This document shows positions 17,685 through 24,807 of a stretch of 64,000 nt of DNA, one piece after another. The notes under the pieces are model-generated. The model was not told the origin of the DNA and made no database searches. It worked only from the letters and a program-made list of their open reading frames with translations. Source of the stretch: a virus. Its lineage: Duplodnaviria; Caudoviricetes. Location: positions 128,001 through 192,000 of IMG/VR virus record IMGVR_UViG_3300010163_000003. One strand, written 5' to 3'. Position 1 is the stretch's first letter, and the number at the start of each line of letters is the position of its first letter. The position numbers and the translations under genes were made by a program.

Positions 17685-18369
17685 CTAATACCTCCTCATC
17701 ATTCCAATGAACTCCGCCAATCAATGGGAAGTCAACTAATGTACGATGGTTCAAATCTTGTAAATTGTCTGCGAAGTAAAACATTGGGTCAATGCCATTC
17801 TTGATAAGTTCTTGTATATACTCTTCATTTTCAATATCAATTTTAGAAACGGCTTCATTAAACTCTTCGCTCTTGTCTTCAACATGCCAATCGAATCCTT
17901 TAAGCGCAGCTACCTTTTCTGCTCTTACAACTATTTGCATTAGTTTGGTCCATGTCCATGTTTCCATTTCTTCGTAAGTATATTCGGGGATAAATGCCTT
18001 TATTAAATCCATGCATTGAGTATCAAGATTGTCATATGCTTTAAATTTGCGATATTCATCTAAAATATCATTTATATCTATAAACCCAGAATATTTTTCT
18101 ATATGTTGAGCGACATATTCATTTAGTCCTGCAAAACCACAATAACAAAAATCATATTCTTCTGGGAAGACACAAGCTGTATTACATATTGCATCTTCTA
18201 TATCCATTCTATCTGAATTTTCAGCTAATATATATCTATACTCTTTTCTAGTAAGAGTTCTAAAAATAAAGTCGGTATCGCAAAAGCGGACATAAATAAT
18301 TTTATGTCCGCCATACAAGTCCTTATAATAATGTAACAGGGCAATATCGACGGCTTTTTCTTGCTTCAT
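17635..18369 (-). CDS. Tail assembly chaperone (paralogue 2)
   Basis: Immediately upstream of the giant tail proteins. FIFRTLTRKEY...ICNTACVFPEEYDF...EKYSGF is paralogous to the adjacent 191-aa gene. Confidence 0.6.
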   Translation of the reverse strand: MKQEKAVDIALLHYYKDLYGGHKIIYVRFCDTDFIFRTLTRKEYRYILAENSDRMDIEDAICNTACVFPEEYDFCYCGFAGLNEYVAQHIEKYSGFIDINDILDEYRKFKAYDNLDTQCMDLIKAFIPEYTYEEMETWTWTKLMQIVVRAEKVAALKGFDWHVEDKSEEFNEAVSKIDIENEEYIQELIKNGIDPMFYFADNLQDLNHRTLVDFPLIGGVHWNDEEVLDAIRQQIAAKNANREL

Positions 18370-18372
18370 TAT

Positions 18373-18948
18373 TTAAAGTACCTCGATTCCATATTGCTTA
18401 GTAAACCCTGAGTTTTCCATAATAATTTGCGCTAAGGTACTAGGGTAGCCACTATCTTCTGCTGCCATAGTTTTAAAGTTATAGTTTCTAGGCCATAATA
18501 CACAAGTATGGCATATAATTTCTTCTCTGTATAATGCATCTATATTTTGAATACTAACTAATTGTTTATATTCAAAACGATTCATTGTACGGAAAACAAA
18601 ATGTTTTTCAAGTACTTGAGTGTGGAATATCTTTTCATTAGAGAATTGTTTTTTCCACAGCTCAACTTGACTGGCACCAGGACCACCTTCAAAAATAGGA
18701 TCGTCATCAATTAAATCATAATCCTCTTCTGGTTCTCCAGAATATTGAAGACTGATATCATTATAATTACTATCTGGACGATACTGAATAGTAGCTTCTC
18801 CATATTCATCATTTGCCATTTCTTGTTTCATGGCTGCATATATATCTTCACCTGTGACAGATTCAGAATCTCTTGCCGCAATTTTCTTTTGTACATTAAG
18901 TTTTTGATTAGCTGCACTCATTAAATCATTGAGTCTATCTTGTTCCAT
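18373..18948 (-). CDS. Tail assembly chaperone (paralogue 1)
   Basis: AGGAG RBS; acidic N-terminus; FVFRTMNRFEY...ICHTCVLWPRNYNF...MENSGF; synteny with the tape-measure locus. Confidence 0.6.
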   Translation of the reverse strand: MEQDRLNDLMSAANQKLNVQKKIAARDSESVTGEDIYAAMKQEMANDEYGEATIQYRPDSNYNDISLQYSGEPEEDYDLIDDDPIFEGGPGASQVELWKKQFSNEKIFHTQVLEKHFVFRTMNRFEYKQLVSIQNIDALYREEIICHTCVLWPRNYNFKTMAAEDSGYPSTLAQIIMENSGFTKQYGIEVL

Positions 18949-18958
18949 AGTAATCTCC

Positions 18959-19330
18959 TTACATTAAAGTGTGTGTTTCATCGTCATATAAATTATTTAA
19001 TCTTTGTTCAATATTTTCTAATCTTATTCTTTGTTCTTCAATTAATTCTGGATCTGCATTAGAAGAACGTAATTTTTCGAGTTTATGCTCTCTATATGTT
19101 TTTTCTTTTTCAACATGCTCTATCTTTGCCATTACTAAGTAAAAACCTGAATATATACTAGCAAATGTAAATGCTGAAATAATAAGCTGTGGCATCGAGC
19201 TATAATCACAAGAACGGTGCATTTCAATCATTGCATATACAGTAATAATAAAGACAAAGAAAAATGCTACAAGACCTATTAGTTTAGACATTGCCATAAA
19301 CCTAAGTTTAAATTCTTCTTTTGTTTCCAT
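18959..19330 (-). CDS. Putative holin (two transmembrane helices, charged C-terminus)
   Basis: Hydrophobic stretches LIGLVAFFFVFIITVYAM and LIISAFTFASIYSGFYLVM; charged tail; directly downstream of the amidase. Confidence 0.5.
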   Translation of the reverse strand: METKEEFKLRFMAMSKLIGLVAFFFVFIITVYAMIEMHRSCDYSSMPQLIISAFTFASIYSGFYLVMAKIEHVEKEKTYREHKLEKLRSSNADPELIEEQRIRLENIEQRLNNLYDDETHTLM

Positions 19331-19339
19331 TGTATCACC

Positions 19340-20953
19340 TTAGTTATAATCAGAATTATTTCTCCAAGCTTCTATTACTGGCACGCCAGTTTTTGATAAT
19401 ATTTGATTTTCATCTGAAGATGTTGGAATAGATGCATCTTTAGAATAATACTTATAATCTGAAGCCGCAAGACCGTTATATTCTTCATATTTATCTTCGT
19501 CTGTAGCTTCGTCAGATTCAATTACATCCCTAGCGATAAATTCATATACTTCTGATATTGGATTACCAGATGTATCTACTTCAACACTAACACTTCTCAT
19601 AAATACATCTTTAATAGTTTTAGTTATACTAGAATTTCCAAATACTATTTTAATGTCTTTGTGATTTAATCTAGCTACTTTACTTGCATTGGTATTAAAA
19701 TATGAATCATAGTGAGCATTAAATTCAGGATCTTCTTCAATTTTTATCTCATCTATAGGAGCTTCTTCTTCAATAACATCATTGGCGTTTTCATTAGCCT
19801 TTTCAACTATTTTATCCAATAAGTCTTGATTCGTGATTCCATCTTCAGTAAGCCCATTATCTTTTTGAAATTTTTTAACAATGTTTTCAACAGCTTGATC
19901 GTATAATCCATCTTTATGATCAGATGAAATAGGATATCCTGCCTTATCTAAATATTTTATAATATCTTCGATAGGAGTGTTAGTCATGTTTGGTCGTTTT
20001 TGAGATTCTGAACCAGAGGCACCGTTTTTATCAGTAAGAGGATGTTTTTGAGATTCTGAACCTGAAGTACCATGCGAATCATCAAGACCAAGGTCAGGTC
20101 TAACATAAGGCGGCTCTTCTGGTTTAGCTGGAGGATATGGAGCAGATTCAGTCCCAGAAGTTCCATTAGCATCAGTAAGAGGTTTTTTGGGAATCTCAGG
20201 ATGTTTTTGAGATTCTGAACCCGAAGTACCGTTAGCATCAGTTAATTTTGCTAATGCATTTTTAGAGCCAGAAGAAGGTTCGGCAGAATCATATTTATAT
20301 TCTTTTTTATTGTTTGAGCTTTTAACTGGAGTTGGATTAATTACCGTCTCATTAGTGGGTGGAGGAGTTGGATTTTCAGTAGTATCATTATATTTTAATC
20401 CAAATCCTTCAGCAATTCCTCCAACAACAGCCTTTACTACTTTATCTTTTTGAGAACGATAAAGATCCATGTCATCAATATCGTCAATAAAACAAGTTTC
20501 TAATAGTGCATGACTAATCCCGTATTTCTTTTTGACGGTGTTCATTACTAAAAGACCGTCTCTACGCTGTACGCCACGATTTGTGAAACCAAGATCAGAC
20601 ATACGTTTACAAATGGCATTTCCTAAACTAGTATCATTTTCTGTGCTATGCATAAGTACTTCTGTACCAGTAGTTTTACCATCACCACTTGAATCATTTG
20701 CAGATGCGTTGAAATGTATTTCAAACACATAATCTATATTATCAAGAGGCAAAGAACCGCCGTTTTTGAGAACTTTATAAGCATCATTATTTTGGTCGTA
20801 CAAAATTGGATTAATATCTTGAACTTTTTTGAGTTCTTCTTGTACCATAAGAGCAAGCTCTCTCGTAAGCACTGCTTCTTTTTCTCCACTACCTATAGCA
20901 CCAGGATCATACGGAGTACCTCCATGCCCAGAAAGAATAAGAACATTTTTCAT
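19340..20953 (-). CDS. N-acetylmuramoyl-L-alanine amidase (Amidase_3) with repeat linker, PG-binding domain and C-terminal tail-tube-like segment
   Basis: Zn/catalytic motifs SGHGG, KE, EIHFNA and LLETCFID; PG_binding_1-like DGLYDQAVENIVKKFQKDNGLTEDG. Start placed at MKNVLIL (20953) after an AGGGGG RBS, not at 21022. Confidence 0.85.
   Translation of the reverse strand: MKNVLILSGHGGTPYDPGAIGSGEKEAVLTRELALMVQEELKKVQDINPILYDQNNDAYKVLKNGGSLPLDNIDYVFEIHFNASANDSSGDGKTTGTEVLMHSTENDTSLGNAICKRMSDLGFTNRGVQRRDGLLVMNTVKKKYGISHALLETCFIDDIDDMDLYRSQKDKVVKAVVGGIAEGFGLKYNDTTENPTPPPTNETVINPTPVKSSNNKKEYKYDSAEPSSGSKNALAKLTDANGTSGSESQKHPEIPKKPLTDANGTSGTESAPYPPAKPEEPPYVRPDLGLDDSHGTSGSESQKHPLTDKNGASGSESQKRPNMTNTPIEDIIKYLDKAGYPISSDHKDGLYDQAVENIVKKFQKDNGLTEDGITNQDLLDKIVEKANENANDVIEEEAPIDEIKIEEDPEFNAHYDSYFNTNASKVARLNHKDIKIVFGNSSITKTIKDVFMRSVSVEVDTSGNPISEVYEFIARDVIESDEATDEDKYEEYNGLAASDYKYYSKDASIPTSSDENQILSKTGVPVIEAWRNNSDYN
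19990..20246 (-). repeat. Four imperfect coding repeats (LTDxNGTSGSESQKHP-like) in the amidase linker
   Basis: Visible in the translation. ggatgtttttgagattctgaacc is identical at 20040-20062 and 20199-20221. Confidence 0.85.
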
Positions 20954-20988
20954 TTTATTGCCCCCTACTAGAAAAACATTTATGTCAT

Positions 20989-21834
20989 TTATTGAGTATA
21001 AGAATAATCTGGGCAAATCCATCCGTCTATTTCAACTTCAGGGTCGTCATTAAATACATGAACCCAAGTATGACCATTTGAATCTACTGTAGACTCTTTT
21101 TGTGTAACAGTTGCAATATTAACAATAGAATATAATTTTTGAGTATTTTCTCCAGGTCCAGAATAAACAATAGTATTAACAGGAAGATTAAAAGTAGCAT
21201 TAGTATATAAATGCTTTAAATATAATGCATCTATAGCCTTTCTAGTTTCTGTTCCTAATTCTCCATATTCTGAGCTTAAATCTTTGTAGTATTTTGTCTT
21301 ATATTCATTTTGAAATCTCATTAGTAAATTTTTGAGATTGTACTCAGCTTCATTATTGGGAGTATATCCAATAGTATGTAACTTATTTCTATATGTATTT
21401 TCAAGATCTGTAAGAGATTGCGTATTATCTGATTTAGATTGAGCATTTGGTTTGGAGTTATTAACCCAATCGATGTTATCTTTTAATGCTTGTTGAGTTT
21501 CATTATATTGTTCATTTGATTCCGTTTGAGATGATTTAAATATATCTGAATTTCCAAATACGGTTTGTTGTTCTGGATTTTTAATTGGCATTTTAAAAGC
21601 ACCAGTTACAACCCTATTACCAACAGCAACATCATCCCATGTACGAGAAGCATATCCATAAATAGGCTTAAGTTGCTCTTGTACTGAATAATTAATATAC
21701 CCTATTTCTGTTTGCTCTTCATCATTAAAATATATCTTTGTATCTGTACTTGAATAATATTCCTCTATGAAGAAATTCGGTTGTCGTGGTTCTTCAGGTG
21801 GGATATATTTATATGTCATAGAAGCTTCAGACAT
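20989..21834 (-). CDS. Tail-tube-like (N-terminal half) baseplate protein with PG-binding-like and SH3-like C-terminal domains
   Basis: YYSSTDTKIYF...INYSVQEQLKPIYGYASRTWDDVAVGNRVVTGAF parallels the tube N-terminus. LMRFQ...YGELGTETRKAI is PG-binding-like; VYSGPG...WVHV...DGWI is SH3b-like. Confidence 0.6.
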   Translation of the reverse strand: MSEASMTYKYIPPEEPRQPNFFIEEYYSSTDTKIYFNDEEQTEIGYINYSVQEQLKPIYGYASRTWDDVAVGNRVVTGAFKMPIKNPEQQTVFGNSDIFKSSQTESNEQYNETQQALKDNIDWVNNSKPNAQSKSDNTQSLTDLENTYRNKLHTIGYTPNNEAEYNLKNLLMRFQNEYKTKYYKDLSSEYGELGTETRKAIDALYLKHLYTNATFNLPVNTIVYSGPGENTQKLYSIVNIATVTQKESTVDSNGHTWVHVFNDDPEVEIDGWICPDYSYTQ

Positions 21835-21846
21835 ATATACACCTTC

Positions 21847-23733
21847 TTATCTATAGTTAAAAGTATATTTATATACTTGTTTAAAATCAATGGGCCAAAT
21901 AATTATTTCTGCCTTAGATGCTTTATAATCTTTATTGCCATTATATGACGAACAATTTATTAAATCATAATAAAATGTGTCATGTTCTTTTCCTTTATCG
22001 TCTGGATCAATCCATCTTAATGGATTAAACTCTAAAATATCAGAAACGCTTTTGTTAATAACATTACTTTTATATCTTTTATCTTTTGTTTTACTATCAT
22101 AATACTCTATTATGATAGTAAATTTTATTGTTTTAAGATTATTTTTCTGATTTTCAAATATAATATTATACGGCTCCAATATTAAAGCTGCTGGCTCATT
22201 TTGTATGCCCATACTATTTGAAAAATCATTGTATGATAAAGCATATTCTCCAGGTAACATATTGAATGAAATCTTTAAATCTTCTTTTATATTTTTGTCT
22301 TTATTAGATGTAGCATTTCCTATAAATTCCCACGTATTCCTATCGACAAGACCTACTGCATCTATTTCTAATGCGTGTTCTTTTTTAAATTTATTTACAT
22401 ATTCTAATGTATCTTCTCCATATATCCCATCAACATTTATAGTATGTTCAGGGTATATATTGTTTAAAGCATTTTGTAATATGGTAACGTAGACATTTCT
22501 ATCCCCTAATCTTACGTCAGGAAAAGAATATTGAGTTTTCATTTCTGAACCACTAAATATATCTGGAACTCTTACATATCCACCATTAACTTCATAATAT
22601 TCATTTCCATCTTTATCTTTTAAAGTTTTTAAATCAGAATTAATATATGTACCATATTTAAGTACTTTTATTATTGGAGAAGATAGATTAGGATCTCTAT
22701 ATACTTTAGCCCCATTTCTATTTAATACAACTGACTTTTTATCTTTTCTATCTTTCATTAAAGACATATATGTTCTATAATCAACATTACCAGTTGGATA
22801 TAAGTTATGATCCTTTTGGTATGTCCTAACTGCATTAGACATTGCATCTGTATAAAATCCATCGAACGAATCATAATACCTTGAATCTTTTAATGCTTGT
22901 TGTAAGTCTAAAATATCAGAACCAGACATAGCTCTATTCAATGAAGAATCATAATAATATTCCCTTGATGGCATTAATCTATTTAATGGAGTATTATAAA
23001 GTTTTCCTGCATAATTATAATCTCTGTATTCGCTATTAACTCCATCTTCTGGAGAACTACCCCCATTCCATGGCCATGGAACACCATTGTTAAAATCTTT
23101 ATTTGTGTTAATAGGTGTTTTATTTACTTTATCTTTTATGGCGTTTTCTTTATTTAATATATCATTCCATGATACATTAGAATCTACAACATAAAACCTT
23201 TGTGAGATAGATTCTTTTTGAGTAGCAGAACCAGAATTCCCATTTGAACTAAATATATTAATAGCTTGAAATGTCTCAATGTCTCGCGCCACAAAACTAA
23301 ATGTATTTTCTGTAAACAAATCTTGTACTGAAATAGTTTGAGCTTCATCTGTAAAATCAATACCAAACATGTACATAACAACAGCGCTACCATATTCGTT
23401 AGCAGATACAATCATTATATCGAATAATGGCAATTCATCTGCTTTCAGGTCTTTCATATTTGCTAAATATGAAACTTCTGCTTGAACATCTCTAAGCCAA
23501 TGTTGATTTATCAATGTAAATATTATAGTACCAGCGAATATACGAGAACCTCTAGTAACACCATTTATATTTGTTCTGCCTATATTTATTACAGGCTTTT
23601 TGTTTCTATACATAGAATAACTAATAGTAGTTACTGAGCCTAATGTAATAGGTGTGCATCCTGGAAGCATCATAAAGGCAATAGTGTCAGTACCAGAATA
23701 TGATTGATAAAATTTAGATAGTATATTAGCCAA
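21847..23733 (-). CDS. Tail-tube-like baseplate/tube-initiator protein with two PG-binding domains and an SH3-like domain
   Basis: SYSGTD...ISYSMYRNKKPV...RGSRIFAGTIIF...DELPLFDI...ANEYG matches the tube protein; two PG_binding_1-like repeats. Probable TTG start at 23733 after AAGGAAGTG (ORF track start 23742). Confidence 0.7.
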   Translation of the reverse strand: MANILSKFYQSYSGTDTIAFMMLPGCTPITLGSVTTISYSMYRNKKPVINIGRTNINGVTRGSRIFAGTIIFTLINQHWLRDVQAEVSYLANMKDLKADELPLFDIMIVSANEYGSAVVMYMFGIDFTDEAQTISVQDLFTENTFSFVARDIETFQAINIFSSNGNSGSATQKESISQRFYVVDSNVSWNDILNKENAIKDKVNKTPINTNKDFNNGVPWPWNGGSSPEDGVNSEYRDYNYAGKLYNTPLNRLMPSREYYYDSSLNRAMSGSDILDLQQALKDSRYYDSFDGFYTDAMSNAVRTYQKDHNLYPTGNVDYRTYMSLMKDRKDKKSVVLNRNGAKVYRDPNLSSPIIKVLKYGTYINSDLKTLKDKDGNEYYEVNGGYVRVPDIFSGSEMKTQYSFPDVRLGDRNVYVTILQNALNNIYPEHTINVDGIYGEDTLEYVNKFKKEHALEIDAVGLVDRNTWEFIGNATSNKDKNIKEDLKISFNMLPGEYALSYNDFSNSMGIQNEPAALILEPYNIIFENQKNNLKTIKFTIIIEYYDSKTKDKRYKSNVINKSVSDILEFNPLRWIDPDDKGKEHDTFYYDLINCSSYNGNKDYKASKAEIIIWPIDFKQVYKYTFNYR

Positions 23734-23762
23734 TATAGTCACTTCCTTTACATCTATATTTG

Positions 23763-23791
23763 ATTATATCATATAATGAAACAAGAGCCAA
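23763..23791 (-). promoter_or_regulatory. Sigma-A/70-like promoter (TTGGCT-N17-TATAAT with extended -10 TG)
   Basis: Minus strand reads ttggct cttgtttcattatatga tataat; exact 17-nt spacer; TGnTATAAT; 30 nt upstream of the 631-aa gene start. Confidence 0.5.
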
Positions 23792-23814
23792 GGTTTTTTG
23801 CAACCTTGGCTCTT
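23783..23814 (-). terminator. Rho-independent terminator after the tail tube gene
   Basis: 13-bp perfect stem aagagccaaggtt/aaccttggctctt with a 6-nt loop, followed by T-rich gtttcatt on the minus strand, 15 nt after the stop codon. Confidence 0.75.
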
Positions 23815-23828
23815 TAAATATTTTACAA

Positions 23829-24734
23829 TTAGGTATTATTAGTGGTGCTAGCATCATAATCTGTTGGCATAACACCGCGAATATTGCCAGCTTTGTCACG
23901 AGTATACACTCCACGAACCAGTGGACTCATACGACGCGCAATCCATGTTACTTGACGCGCCATAACTACTGTGTCAATAGACGCACCAGAACTTTCATTT
24001 AATATATCTACGTCATAAATCTTCTGGAAAGCTGTATGGCCATATTCAGAAGCAAACGTAAGAGTAATATCAAATGGCGGGAGCGTATCAGCATATACGA
24101 TATTTTCGCCACGAATTGGAGCAAAACCAGCGGGAACATAAATTTCATCACCAGTATTAGCATCCCATTCAGAGACTAATCCATCACTAGCATAGCTAAG
24201 AGGACTATTATTAGACCCTTTAGCTGTTTGAGCACTAATTGCATTAGTAAACTCACCTGCGCCAGTAGAACCAAATGAAAATCCATAACCATCACGATCA
24301 TTATTGCTAATGTCGGCAAGAGAATCGTGAGCCTCTCCAGTATTGTTGCTCTTATAAGTGCCATTTTGTACAGCACTTACTGTCTCATTCCATTTGATAA
24401 TATCAAGTGCATTCCTGAAATCTTCGTTAAGCGCAAGCTTATTATTAGCAGCCGCAGTAAACATAGCAGATGGGGCTATTTCATTCCATACACGCTGTAA
24501 AGTAGCTACTAAAGAATCGTGGTCAAACACTGCAAATACCATAGAACCAGCGAGTCCGCGCTTGCCACGAGAGAAAGAACGAGCATCAGGAGAACCACAG
24601 GTGAATACTGGAGCTTTATCCCTTTGGATAGCCCACGAAATTTGCTGAAGCTCACCGATTACTTGGTTAGCAAAGGTGGCAACCAAGTCAGCGCCGGAAA
24701 AGCTTGTTAAAGTTTGAATGGTTGGGCTTGCCAT
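23829..24734 (-). CDS. Tail tube protein
   Basis: Directly after the sheath; AGGAGG RBS; SFSGADLVATF...GELQQISWAIQRDKAPV...RGKRGLAGSMVF...DTLPPFDITLTFASEYG...WIAR; followed by a terminator, as expected for a high-copy protein. Confidence 0.8.
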   Translation of the reverse strand: MASPTIQTLTSFSGADLVATFANQVIGELQQISWAIQRDKAPVFTCGSPDARSFSRGKRGLAGSMVFAVFDHDSLVATLQRVWNEIAPSAMFTAAANNKLALNEDFRNALDIIKWNETVSAVQNGTYKSNNTGEAHDSLADISNNDRDGYGFSFGSTGAGEFTNAISAQTAKGSNNSPLSYASDGLVSEWDANTGDEIYVPAGFAPIRGENIVYADTLPPFDITLTFASEYGHTAFQKIYDVDILNESSGASIDTVVMARQVTWIARRMSPLVRGVYTRDKAGNIRGVMPTDYDASTTNNT

Positions 24735-24762
24735 TATTAATTCCTCCTTATCAACCTATCCC

Positions 24763-24786
24763 CCAGAGCAGACTATGCTGCTCTGG
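24763..24786 (-). promoter_or_regulatory. Intercistronic stem-loop between sheath and tube genes
   Basis: 9-bp stem ccagagcag/ctgctctgg with a 6-nt loop; no U-tract on the coding strand. Confidence 0.5.
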
Positions 24787-24807
24787 AGTTTAGTTCGTTA
24801 TTTTTAA

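Noticed and set aside
18361-18410. Programmed -1 frameshift between the tail chaperone genes
   Set aside because: No X XXY YYZ heptamer before the stop; the second gene has its own GAGGT RBS and repeats the whole chaperone domain.
19990-20246. CRISPR-like repeat array
   Set aside because: The repeats are in-frame, degenerate at third codon positions and irregularly spaced, so they are protein repeats.
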